Of a DNA stretch of 64,000 nt, positions 50,511 through 60,137 are shown piece by piece. The position numbers and the translations under genes were made by a program. The notes beneath the pieces were generated by a model that made no database searches, was not told where the DNA came from, and saw only the letters and a program-made list of their open reading frames with translations. The stretch is taken from the NCBI GenBank assembly GCA_048941015.1, contig JBHLNZ010000009.1:1-64000 (forward strand), read 5' to 3'. This DNA is from Promethearchaeota archaeon. Lineage in GTDB: Archaea; Asgardarchaeota; Lokiarchaeia; Sigyniarchaeales; SOKP01. Within the stretch, counting starts at the first letter, position 1. Each line of letters begins with the position of its first letter.

Positions 50511-51530
50511 TTAAATAACTTCTTTCCCACACTTCGGACAGATTCTGGCATCAAAATCTATAAAATTTCCACAATTCTGGCATTTCACTTTAATACCTGA
50601 TCTTCTAAAAATAGGTAATCCGCTTGACAAATCATTAAGAAAATCTGACATGGTATCATAATTTACAATTAAGTAGTCACCATCAATAACAAAATTAAAT
50701 CTCTTTGCCCATTCAAATACTTTGTTAGTAAAATCTTCTTCGTCCATACCTAAAGCTATACGCATCATATCTAGTTTTAAACGATTTGAAACCTGGAGCA
50801 TTGACTTTATTTGATCTATTCGTTCTTTCTCTTGTTTCTTTCTCTCTATCTGCTCTGCTTCTTTATAATCTTTTGCTTGATTAATTAGATTATAAAATTT
50901 TTCTGTTTTGGATTTATCATTGGAGTATTTTCCTAATTTTTTTTTAACCGTTATATATGAATAATTTTCATCTTGATAAGTTTGAATCCCCACATTAGGA
51001 TTGGAATCTTGTATATTATTAATGATTCTCATAATTTCTTTGACTTTTATCTGATGAATAACTCCCTCTTTGAAAGGTTTAAATGACAAAAAATCTTCAG
51101 TTAAAAAAATAATTCCTTTTCCTAGGTTTTTATTTTGAATATCATCGCTTTCCTTCCAACACTTACCATTTGCTTCAAATAAAATCATCTTTTCATTTTT
51201 GAATGTCAAACGAGTTAACTGTCGAAATAATTCTTTAGTCAATTTTTTTGAGGTAGAATATGATGATTTCTCTTTTTTATGAGGATAAAAGGTGAAATAA
51301 GTTCCTTTTTTATTCATTAGTTCAATTGTTGGTAATTTGAATCTCTTTTGAATATAAAAGTTCTCAATATCAGAGACCAATATCTGAAATAATATTTTAT
51401 CTTTATCAGATTTAAACAAAAAACCTTTCTCTGTTAATTTTATTTTGCCTCTAGATTTTTTTGAGATTAATCCCAGATATGTAGGGGTTCCGGTTGCGAA
51501 GTTGCCAAAAGATTCAAAAAGGATTACCAT
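50511..51530 (-). CDS. Tandem PH/GRAM-like + helical/WH-like + zinc-ribbon protein
   Basis: GKIKLTEKGFLF and GIIFLTEDFLSF repeats; C-terminal CQNCG..CPKCG. Confidence 0.65.
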   Translation of the reverse strand: MVILFESFGNFATGTPTYLGLISKKSRGKIKLTEKGFLFKSDKDKILFQILVSDIENFYIQKRFKLPTIELMNKKGTYFTFYPHKKEKSSYSTSKKLTKELFRQLTRLTFKNEKMILFEANGKCWKESDDIQNKNLGKGIIFLTEDFLSFKPFKEGVIHQIKVKEIMRIINNIQDSNPNVGIQTYQDENYSYITVKKKLGKYSNDKSKTEKFYNLINQAKDYKEAEQIERKKQEKERIDQIKSMLQVSNRLKLDMMRIALGMDEEDFTNKVFEWAKRFNFVIDGDYLIVNYDTMSDFLNDLSSGLPIFRRSGIKVKCQNCGNFIDFDARICPKCGKEVI

Positions 51531-51705
51531 TTCAAGTTCATAATAATATTATAAGAATTTATAATTTTACATTATATTCATAAAAGATATAAAAAAAAAT
51601 TGGGAAATATCAAGAAAAATAAGAAGCCAAGAATATTTTCCTTGATGTGTTTCTTTTTTTTTTGATGTTTCCTTTGTTTATTTTAATACTTTGATGTTCT
51701 ATTCC

Positions 51706-51960
51706 TTAATAGTCTCTTCTTCGAGACTTAAAACTTGGACGAGGGGCTTTCTCAGTAATTGTAAGATTACTTGCTTGTGGACCTTTTTGACCTTCTACAA
51801 TCTCAAATTCCACAACGTCACCTTCAAATAATTTTTTAAATTCATCATCTGGTCCTTGTATAGCAGAGAAATGAACAAATACGTCTCCAGAGCCATCATC
51901 ACAAGTTATAAAACCATAGCCTTTGCGGCTATCAAACCACTTTACTGTTCCTTTTACCAT
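51706..51960 (-). CDS. cspA: Cold-shock protein
   Basis: [26 protein letters not shown]. Confidence 0.95.
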   Translation of the reverse strand: MVKGTVKWFDSRKGYGFITCDDGSGDVFVHFSAIQGPDDEFKKLFEGDVVEFEIVEGQKGPQASNLTITEKAPRPSFKSRRRDY

Positions 51961-52114
51961 TAAAAAAACCTAATGAACCAATTGAGTACATTATATATAT
52001 AGTACTCGTCACTCAAACAAAAGCATGGGTTTGTAATAAAATTTAGCATCTAATTAGTATTTTAAAAGTAAAAAAGTAAAAAATATAAATAACAGCAAAT
52101 TGAAGTAAAATATC

Positions 52115-52936
52115 ATGTCATATGCAGATGTAAATAATATCAAGTTATATTATGAAATTCATGGAGAAGGATATCCAATCTTCTTATTACATGGATATGG
52201 TGCTACAAATAAGGTTTGGATAGCTCAGGTTGGAGCGTTATCCAAACATTTTAAGGTTATTGTGTACGATCAACGAAGTTCTGGTAGATCTGATCATCCT
52301 ACTACAGAATATACACTTGATACATTAGTAGAGGACTTAAAAGGATTAATGGAATTTTTAAAAATAGAGAAAACTCATCTTATGGGACAGTCTATGGGGG
52401 GATGGGTCTCTCAGAATTTCGCGCTAAAATATCCAGAGAAAGTTAATAAACTTGTGTTAATCGGTACAAATCATAAAGGAGCAGGACTTTATATACTTAA
52501 AAATACCATGATTGACCTTTATGAAGCTGCTAAAACTAATAAAGAAGAAGCATTTTGGAAATATGCTAAGTTAATGCACCATCGGAGATTCTTGAAAGAA
52601 ATGAAGGAGGATCCAAAAAAAAAATTTTATGGCTTATGGTCCGCTGAAGATTTGATTGAGGAATTAACTGATAATCAAATGACACCTGAAGATTATGAAA
52701 TGTTCGAAAAAGCAGGTTCTATGCATAATCTTTTAGATCGTTTATCAGAATTGAAACATCCCGCAATATTAATTGGTGGTGATAGTGATAAAATGTCTCC
52801 AAAGTTAGTTTTAGATGAGATGCATGCTGTATTACCAAATAGTCAAATACATATCATTGAAAAAGCGGGCCATCATGTGTTTATAGAAGAAGCCCCTACC
52901 GTAAACCAACTAATTATCGATTTCTTAAAAAATTAA
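52115..52936 (+). CDS. Alpha/beta hydrolase
   Basis: LLHG, GQSMGG, AGH. Confidence 0.9.
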   Translation: MSYADVNNIKLYYEIHGEGYPIFLLHGYGATNKVWIAQVGALSKHFKVIVYDQRSSGRSDHPTTEYTLDTLVEDLKGLMEFLKIEKTHLMGQSMGGWVSQNFALKYPEKVNKLVLIGTNHKGAGLYILKNTMIDLYEAAKTNKEEAFWKYAKLMHHRRFLKEMKEDPKKKFYGLWSAEDLIEELTDNQMTPEDYEMFEKAGSMHNLLDRLSELKHPAILIGGDSDKMSPKLVLDEMHAVLPNSQIHIIEKAGHHVFIEEAPTVNQLIIDFLKN

Positions 52937-53019
52937 ATGTATTTTTTTTAATACTTTTATTAGTTTTTCTATGGAATTATAAGGTTAAATAAAGCGTTAA
53001 ATTTTAAAATAAATTGACT

Positions 53020-53511
53020 TTAAATTCTTTTAAATTTCTTCCGTTCTAAATAAAGCACACGTTTATAATCCTGAAAACCATTTTTAAAATAAAATGAATT
53101 AGCTTTCTCATTTTTTGAAGCAACATTTAATTCTATTCTATCTAATCCTTGGGAATATACCCATTCAATTGATCTATCTAACAATCTGGTTCCAATTCCC
53201 CTTCTACGATACGTAGATTTCACAACTAAATCATAAATAGCTCCATATTTCTCATATAAGTATACAGGAGGGTATAGATCAATTTTAACCAAAACAAATC
53301 CGAGTATTTTATCATCTTCTTGTGCTACAAAAATTGTTGCTTCACTGGAATTTAATAATTCCTTTATAAAAGATTCATAATTTAAATGAGCATCTTCTCG
53401 TCTTTTGAAAAACTGATCTAATTGCGTATGATAATCAATCATTTCGGTCCATAATTCAACAATAGCAGGAATATGAGTCTCTTTTGCTTCAATTATGTTA
53501 ATAATGATCAA
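53020..53511 (-). CDS. GNAT acetyltransferase
   Basis: V...YRRRGIG, N..A..FY.KNGF. Confidence 0.9.
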   Translation of the reverse strand: MIIINIIEAKETHIPAIVELWTEMIDYHTQLDQFFKRREDAHLNYESFIKELLNSSEATIFVAQEDDKILGFVLVKIDLYPPVYLYEKYGAIYDLVVKSTYRRRGIGTRLLDRSIEWVYSQGLDRIELNVASKNEKANSFYFKNGFQDYKRVLYLERKKFKRI

Positions 53512-53625
53512 CTCTGATTTTCAGATTAATAATGAAAATTTAATAGTTATTCTATTAATCATTATTTAGTTATTTATGCTTTTAGCTCAATATTTAAAAA
53601 AATTACTTTAAGGTGCTAAGATGAT

Positions 53626-54171
53626 ATGACAGAATTAAATAAATTAACTGTTTCTCAATTAGAAAAGTTAGCTAAAGAGTGTTCAGTTAAGTTTAAAAAA
53701 AGTGATAAAAAAGCTCTAAAAATTTCTAAAATATTAGATGCTGACATTGAAAAAGATCGCCTTACACAATTAATACACAAATACATGAGCAAAAGCAAGG
53801 AATCTAAAAAGATTAGTAAAGAAATAATTTCTGAATTAAAGGGAAGGATAAGACTGCTCGAAGAACAAGTAAAATTTTTAATGTCAAAAATCAGTGTTTC
53901 TGAAGTTACAATCGATACGGAAGCTAATAGAGATTTAATAACAATAACCAGTGATTTAGGTGATATCAAAAAATTCATTAAAGCACTTATACCACCAGGA
54001 GAAGTAATAACAATTGATGAACTAATTGAACTAAAAGAAATTCAAAAAATTCCTTTAGTAGCGTTAAAACATGCTATATATGATTTAATCGATGAAAAGA
54101 TCTTTGAAGCAAGAGAGGGAAATTCTCGACACACTATTGGTAAAAGAATAGGAATCCTAATAAGAAATTAA
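53626..54171 (+). CDS. Hypothetical protein: SAP/Rho-N-like N-terminus, coiled coil, WH-like C-terminus
   Basis: LNKLTVSQLEKLAKE...KK.LKISKIL. Confidence 0.65.
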   Translation: MTELNKLTVSQLEKLAKECSVKFKKSDKKALKISKILDADIEKDRLTQLIHKYMSKSKESKKISKEIISELKGRIRLLEEQVKFLMSKISVSEVTIDTEANRDLITITSDLGDIKKFIKALIPPGEVITIDELIELKEIQKIPLVALKHAIYDLIDEKIFEAREGNSRHTIGKRIGILIRN

Positions 54172-54190
54172 AAAAATTCAATATTATTTT

Positions 54191-54206
54191 GTGTAATTCT
54201 TGCACC
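54191..54206. promoter_or_regulatory. Candidate sulfur-regulon operator GTGTAA-N3-TTGCAC(C)
   Basis: 15/16 identical to 58797-58812; lies just upstream of a TATA-like box of moeB. Confidence 0.6.
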
Positions 54207-54255
54207 TTTTTTTATATAAACGAAAATCATTTCTATTTTGATAATTTTCTAATGA

Positions 54256-55071
54256 ATGGAAAAAATGAATTTAACTGAAAATCAAATTAAAAGATATTCA
54301 CGTCAGATTGTTTTAAAAGAAGTGGGTGGAATAGGTCAAAAAAAGTTAATGAATTCAAAGATAACATTAATTGGATTAGGTGCCCTCGGTTCTCCTGTTG
54401 CTTATTACTTAGCAGCAGCAGGCATAGGAAAATTAAAAGTTATTGATTACGATATTGTCGAGATATCTAACCTCCATAGACAAATTCTTCATTTTACAAA
54501 GGATATCAATAGATTAAAAACTGAGAGTGCTATTGAAAAACTTAATGAGATAAACCCTGATTGTGAAGTAGTTATAATAAATAAGATGATAAATTCAAAT
54601 AATTCTAAGCAGGTTTTAAAGGATTCGGATTTTGTAATAGACGGTTCTGATAATATTCCGACTAAAATGTTAATTAATGATACTTGTATAAATCTCGAGA
54701 TACCATTTACAATAGCAGGAGTATTGAGATTTCAAGGGCAAATTATGACAGTAATTCCAAAAGAAAAGACAGCTTGTTATAGATGTATTTTTGGTGATGC
54801 AACTGATGGTGATAACAGCCTAAGTTGTTCACAAGCAGGGGTAATAGGATTTATTCCAGGGATTTTTGGGTGTATTGAAGCTAATGAGGCAATAAAATAT
54901 ATTCTCCAAATTGGTGAATTGATTACTAATAAAATATTATATATAGATCTTCTAAAAAATAATTTTGATTTTATAAAAGTTTTGAAAGACAAAAATTGTA
55001 TTGCTTGTGGAGACAATGCTAAAGATTTGGTTGAGATATTAGATTACAGAGGTAATTTGTGTAATGAATAA
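54256..55071 (+). CDS. moeB: MoeB/ThiF/UbaA E1-like adenylyltransferase
   Basis: RYSRQI, GLGALGS, D.VE.SNLHRQ, CYRC, SC.QAGV, CIAC. Confidence 0.9.
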   Translation: MEKMNLTENQIKRYSRQIVLKEVGGIGQKKLMNSKITLIGLGALGSPVAYYLAAAGIGKLKVIDYDIVEISNLHRQILHFTKDINRLKTESAIEKLNEINPDCEVVIINKMINSNNSKQVLKDSDFVIDGSDNIPTKMLINDTCINLEIPFTIAGVLRFQGQIMTVIPKEKTACYRCIFGDATDGDNSLSCSQAGVIGFIPGIFGCIEANEAIKYILQIGELITNKILYIDLLKNNFDFIKVLKDKNCIACGDNAKDLVEILDYRGNLCNE

Positions 55072-55321
55072 TCAAATAGATATGGACGATATTTCAATGA
55101 TAGATATAAGGGGAAAAATGTGTCCAATGACTTTTGTATATACAAAACTAAAATTAGAAGAACTTCAACCGGGTTCGATTTTAAAAGTATTACTAGATTT
55201 TCCCCCTGCTCTGAAAAATATTCCAGAAAGTTGTAAACGACAAAATTTAGCAGAAGTTATCAAAATTCGAGAGCTCAACAAGGGTAAGAATGAATGGTTA
55301 ATAACTTTAAAAAAAATATAG
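55064..55321 (+). CDS. tusA: TusA/SirA-family sulfur carrier
   Basis: IDIRGKMCPM, L..L.PG.IL.VLLD. Confidence 0.85.
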   Translation: MNNQIDMDDISMIDIRGKMCPMTFVYTKLKLEELQPGSILKVLLDFPPALKNIPESCKRQNLAEVIKIRELNKGKNEWLITLKKI

Positions 55322-56355
55322 AAAGCATTGATTCAGTTGAGCTTAAAAAGGCGAAGAATTTATTAGGTCTCGGCTTGATCTCGGGAGGTTTAGATAGCCT
55401 ATTAGCCTGCCTCATCCTAAAACTTCAAAATATAGATATTATTGGATTAAATTTTAAATCCCCTTTCTGTGTGTGTGATAAGGCATATAAAAGTGCTGAA
55501 TGTGGTTTGAACCTTTATTATGATAAGTTAGGTATAAACGTTCATTATTTAAAAAAAGAAGATGATTATTTAGAACTAGTAAAATCTCCCAAATTTGGGT
55601 ATGGTAAAAGTTTAAATCCTTGCATTGATTGTCGGATATATATTCTAAAAAGAGCTAAGAAGTATGCAGAAGAAATTAAAGCTGATTTAATTTTTACCGG
55701 AGAAGTTTTAAACCAAAGACCTAAATCTCAGAATAGACAAGCTTTAAAGATCATAGAACGAGAAGCTGGTCTTGAGGGAAAATTATTAAGACCTTTGTCT
55801 GCATTATTATTGGAACCAACAATTTTTGAAAAAAAAGGTGATATTGATAGAACTAAATTATTTGGGATAAATGGACGCAGTAGAAAGATCCAAGTTAGTA
55901 TTGCTCAGAGATATGGATTATTAGATTCATATTATGCCTGCGGGGGATGTTTATTAACAGATAAAGGATTTTCTAATAGAATGAAAGACTATATTAAGTA
56001 TAATATAAAATTGAAAATGGTTGATATATCACTTTTAAAAATTGGACGTCATTTTAGGTTTAATCGATCTAAAATTATAGTAGGAAGAAATGAGTTGGAA
56101 AATAAGCTCTTACTGCAACTTAAAAATCCAAAGGATTTAATTATGGAAGCTAAAAAAGTGGTAGGACCAATAACAATTATACAAGGAAGAATCAATCATC
56201 AAATAATAAAATTTGCTGCGAAATTAACATTAAGATATTCAGATAGCACAAAAAAATATGGCAAAATTGTCTATGGAACAACAATCGATTCCTTAAATGA
56301 GTCCATTATTGTTAGTCAAATAATGGAAGAGAATTTAAGATCACATATTATATAA
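55294..56355 (+). CDS. ThiI-like PP-loop thiouridylase lacking a THUMP domain
   Basis: SGGLDS, NPCIDCR, TGEVL.QRP.SQ, GGCLLT, GRHFR, VGRN..EN. Confidence 0.8.
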   Translation: MVNNFKKNIESIDSVELKKAKNLLGLGLISGGLDSLLACLILKLQNIDIIGLNFKSPFCVCDKAYKSAECGLNLYYDKLGINVHYLKKEDDYLELVKSPKFGYGKSLNPCIDCRIYILKRAKKYAEEIKADLIFTGEVLNQRPKSQNRQALKIIEREAGLEGKLLRPLSALLLEPTIFEKKGDIDRTKLFGINGRSRKIQVSIAQRYGLLDSYYACGGCLLTDKGFSNRMKDYIKYNIKLKMVDISLLKIGRHFRFNRSKIIVGRNELENKLLLQLKNPKDLIMEAKKVVGPITIIQGRINHQIIKFAAKLTLRYSDSTKKYGKIVYGTTIDSLNESIIVSQIMEENLRSHII

Positions 56356-56379
56356 TGAAGCGAAGGACCAATCTTGTTT

Positions 56380-56925
56380 TCATTTTTTAAATCTCATTAC
56401 TTTTTTAAGTTTACAATATTTACAGTTACCATCACATCCATCTTCTAAGATAGGTTCAAGAATCTCCGATTCAACATCCATTGGTAATACTAGATCTTTA
56501 ATAATATACGTTACAACATCCATAGACACTTTTTGAACTTGAGAATTATTTCTGAAATGATGATTCACAATATTATCGATTTTTTTAATTTTTGTATTAA
56601 CTATTAAAACGACCATATTATGCTCTCCACTTGTTCTAAAAGCGTTAAGCATAAAAGGACATTGTTCCACCATCTTTATAATTTCCGTTGGATTCTTTAC
56701 ATTTAAATATACAATTGCTAATTGAATATCTAAATTCTTAAAATTTAATCCAGCTTGAACCTGTAAAATACCCTTATTCTTAAGCTTTTTCAATCTTGCT
56801 CCTATAGATGGTTGACTTCTTTTTACAATTTCACCAATTTGAGTATGAGTTAAGTTTGGATCTTCTTGTAATAGAGAAATTACTCTTAAGTCAATCTTAT
56901 CTAACTTTAATTTTTTATTAGACAT
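56380..56925 (-). CDS. Lrp/AsnC regulator with C-terminal CxxxCxxC
   Basis: LDKIDLRVI..LQ.DP..T...IG..V.RSQPSI; CDGNCKYC. Confidence 0.88.
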   Translation of the reverse strand: MSNKKLKLDKIDLRVISLLQEDPNLTHTQIGEIVKRSQPSIGARLKKLKNKGILQVQAGLNFKNLDIQLAIVYLNVKNPTEIIKMVEQCPFMLNAFRTSGEHNMVVLIVNTKIKKIDNIVNHHFRNNSQVQKVSMDVVTYIIKDLVLPMDVESEILEPILEDGCDGNCKYCKLKKVMRFKK

Positions 56926-56937
56926 TGTAATATTGAA

Positions 56938-57867
56938 TTATGTTTCAAATAGTTCTGTAGATAAATATCTTTCTCCCGTGTCTGGTAAAATTACTACTAA
57001 ATTATCTCCTTTTTTAAAATCGTTTGAAGCTTTGTAAATTCCAGCCCATGCTGCAGCTCCCGCAGAAACTCCAACAAAAATTCCTTCTAATTTAGCTAAC
57101 TTTCTGGCTGTTTGTACAGCATCATCATATTCGACTTGAATTATTTCGTCATAAATTTCAGTATTTAATACTTCAGGTACAAATCCGGCACCAATACCTT
57201 GAATTTTATGCGAACCTGGCTCTCCTCCGGACAGTACTGGAGAGTCTTGTGGTTCAACAGCATAGATTTTCACATGATCCCCAATTCTTTGTTTAAGAAT
57301 TTCTCCAACCCCCGTTATCGTTCCCCCTGTACCAATCCCCGCTACAAAACCATTTACTTTTCCATCAAGATCATTGTATATTTCTTCAGCAGTAGTTTTG
57401 CGATGAATTTCTGGGTTTGCCTTATTTTTAAACTGTTGAGGAATAAAAATTTTCTTATTCTCTTTAGCTAATTCTTCAGCCTTCTCAATCGCTCCTTTCA
57501 TCCCTTTATTAGCAGGAGTTAAGATTAATTCTGCTCCATATGCTTTTAGTATTTTTCTTCTTTCAATTGACATACTATCTGGCATAGTAAGAATCAATTT
57601 ATAATTTTTAGCAGCACATACTAAAGCTAAACCTATACCGGTATTTCCTGAGGTGGGTTCAACTATTGTAGTATCCTTATTAATTAAATTTGCCTTTTCA
57701 GCCTCTTCAATCATAGCCATACAAATTCTATCTTTGACACTTGCTCCGGGATTAAAAGCTTCAACTTTAACAAAGATATTTGGATTAACATCTTTAGTAA
57801 TTCTATTGAGTCTTACTAAAGGTGTATTTCCTATTGTTTCTATTATATTATTATATACTTTTCCCAT
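56938..57867 (-). CDS. cysK: Cysteine synthase A
   Basis: IGNTPLV, SVKDR, EPTSGNTG, QQF, GTGGT, HKIQGIG, GERYLST. Confidence 0.96.
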   Translation of the reverse strand: MGKVYNNIIETIGNTPLVRLNRITKDVNPNIFVKVEAFNPGASVKDRICMAMIEEAEKANLINKDTTIVEPTSGNTGIGLALVCAAKNYKLILTMPDSMSIERRKILKAYGAELILTPANKGMKGAIEKAEELAKENKKIFIPQQFKNKANPEIHRKTTAEEIYNDLDGKVNGFVAGIGTGGTITGVGEILKQRIGDHVKIYAVEPQDSPVLSGGEPGSHKIQGIGAGFVPEVLNTEIYDEIIQVEYDDAVQTARKLAKLEGIFVGVSAGAAAWAGIYKASNDFKKGDNLVVILPDTGERYLSTELFET

Positions 57868-57901
57868 TTATAGATACACTCTTTATTTATTAATAAAATC
57901 T

Positions 57902-58735
57902 TTAAATACCTCCACCATCTAATCCATAATAGATTTCTATCTCTTTTTCAGGTTGTTTAATTCTAAGTTTTTTCTCTAAATTTTCTAACCTAGAATTTAT
58001 TGTTGAAATTGTAATTGTAATTGGATCAGGAAGATCACCATGAGAAAGATCAATCTTTTTAATTCTTTCTCCCTCTCGAGCTATAATCTTTCCAGGAACG
58101 CCAACTACTACGGAGTTTGGAGGTACATTATTCACAACTACAGAATTCGCCCCAATTCTTACATTATCTCCGATTTTTATAGGTCCTAATAACTTTGCAC
58201 CTGTACCAATAACAATATTATTACCCAACGTCGGATGCCTCTTTCCTGGATCTATCATGGTCCCTCCAAGAACTACCCCTTGATAAATAGTTACATTATC
58301 ACCGATTTTTGCTGTTTCTCCGATAACAACACCCCCTCCATGGTCAATAAAAAAATCCTTTCCTATTTCAGCACCAGGATGAATTTCTATTCCAGTTAGT
58401 TCTCTAGTAATTTCTGAAAGATATCGTGGGACGAACGGCATATTAATATTCCAAAAAAAATGAGCAATACGATGTAAAAGAATTGCTTTTATTCCAGGAT
58501 AACTTGTTAAAACTTCTAAAAGAGAACGAGCAGCGGGATCTTTATTAAATGCTGCGCTAACATCAGATATAAAGAAATCCAAAATTTTTTGTAAATTTTG
58601 ATCTACTTCTTCACGATTTAACTCTTCTAATCGAAAATCTAATTTTAAAATGCATTCTGTGCAAAAATTATAATTATTCCGTTCTTTATCGCCTAAAGTC
58701 TTACCACAATTTAAGCAGTTTAGAAATTCTTCCAT
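57902..58735 (-). CDS. cysE: Serine O-acetyltransferase with an N-terminal CxxC..CxxC extension
   Basis: DPAA, YPG, TGIEIHPGA, FIDHG, KRHP hexapeptide domain; C-terminal GGGI. Confidence 0.94.
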   Translation of the reverse strand: MEEFLNCLNCGKTLGDKERNNYNFCTECILKLDFRLEELNREEVDQNLQKILDFFISDVSAAFNKDPAARSLLEVLTSYPGIKAILLHRIAHFFWNINMPFVPRYLSEITRELTGIEIHPGAEIGKDFFIDHGGGVVIGETAKIGDNVTIYQGVVLGGTMIDPGKRHPTLGNNIVIGTGAKLLGPIKIGDNVRIGANSVVVNNVPPNSVVVGVPGKIIAREGERIKKIDLSHGDLPDPITITISTINSRLENLEKKLRIKQPEKEIEIYYGLDGGGI

Positions 58736-58796
58736 TTTCTAATTATTTTTCGGTATTTTATTAAGTAAAAAACTATTTATCGGCATAAAAAATTAA

Positions 58797-58812
58797 GTGT
58801 AATTTTTGCACC
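58797..58812. promoter_or_regulatory. Candidate sulfur-regulon operator (second copy)
   Basis: gtgtaatttttgcacc, about 60 bp upstream of cysE. Confidence 0.6.
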
Positions 58813-59028
58813 AATATATTAAATAACTTCTTACTCTTAAGGAAAATAATAAAGGAAATGAACTAAAGTCATTTTTCTAATTTGCAAAACATTTTTTAAA
58901 CTAATTCTACTAAATAAAGATTTTGGATTGGGGAGAAAAGATATTATAATTATTATTTTCGATATTAATAATTCATAACAATAAAGAATTAATATTTCAC
59001 AAATTTGTTTTTATTAGAATCATAAAAG

Positions 59029-59715
59029 GTGTTTTTAAAAATTAACATTATTCCGTTTATAACTTCAGTAATATCCTTTACTTTTGCATTTTTACTCCTT
59101 TATCAATTTATTATAAGAAGAAAAATTCATCAATTATTGTGGACTTTAGCTATTTTTTCATACGGAATTGCATCATTAATGGAATTTTTAATGAACCCTG
59201 ATTTGCTTAATTTTAATGGTATTTTATTCAACACTTTTTATTTTAATTCTTCTTTATTAGTAGGACTTTTAGGTGCAGGTCAACTATATTTAATTACTCA
59301 ACATAAAATTTCTGCTATATTTTTAGGATTTATAATAACCCTTTCAATAGGATTAATAATTTCTTTGAGTTTAACTCCCTTCCCAACTGGATTAAGTTTT
59401 TTAGGTGAACTTGGTAAAGACATAAGAATAATTTCGGATGCTTATCCATATTCAGTAAGAATTTATGCAATACTATTAGCATCAGTTGGAGGTACTATGC
59501 TACTTTTTGGCTCTTTATACAGTTTCATTAGAGATAGAACAAGATACTATACTCTTTTTTTCGCATTAGGTGCTTTAATGCCAATGCTTCGGAATATACC
59601 ATTCGGTTACTTAGGAAATGAATTAATTGGGTTAATATTCTTATTCTTGGGATTCCTTTTAAGCATGTTTCATCTTAAAAGTCAAAAGATCCAGGAATCC
59701 TCAATTCCTTCTTAG
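59029..59715 (+). CDS. About 7-TM membrane protein
   Basis: Hydrophobic segments; RRKIHQLLW, LGAGQLYL. Confidence 0.72.
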   Translation: MFLKINIIPFITSVISFTFAFLLLYQFIIRRKIHQLLWTLAIFSYGIASLMEFLMNPDLLNFNGILFNTFYFNSSLLVGLLGAGQLYLITQHKISAIFLGFIITLSIGLIISLSLTPFPTGLSFLGELGKDIRIISDAYPYSVRIYAILLASVGGTMLLFGSLYSFIRDRTRYYTLFFALGALMPMLRNIPFGYLGNELIGLIFLFLGFLLSMFHLKSQKIQESSIPS

Positions 59716-59731
59716 AAAAGTTAAAATTCTT

Positions 59732-60019
59732 TTAACCACCAGCTATAGCAGGTAAAAAAGCAATTTCATCTCCCTTATGAATCAAAGTCTCTAAACCATG
59801 ATATGAGCGAAGGTGTTTTCCATTTAATACTAATATTATATATTTATTCAATAGATCTTGAGAAGATAGGATTTGATTTTTAAAATCCTCCCCATATCTC
59901 AAAATTAATTTTCCAATTAAATCTTTAATAGAAGATTCTTCATCAATAGATAACATTAATTCTTCTTCTTCTGTTAAGTCTGCTAATAATGATAAAAATT
60001 TTATTTTTACATCAATCAA
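59732..60019 (-). CDS. MoaD/ThiS/SAMP ubiquitin-like sulfur carrier
   Basis: LNG......GLET....GDEIAFLPAIAGG with C-terminal GG. Confidence 0.9.
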   Translation of the reverse strand: MIDVKIKFLSLLADLTEEEELMLSIDEESSIKDLIGKLILRYGEDFKNQILSSQDLLNKYIILVLNGKHLRSYHGLETLIHKGDEIAFLPAIAGG

Positions 60020-60137
60020 ATAGGGAAACTCCTAAAAATCATAATTTCATATGTATAATAGGAATTAAAGTAATTATTTATTTTGATTATAAAACTTAAA
60101 TAATTTTAAAATAAATATGGATTTTATATAACTAAAT

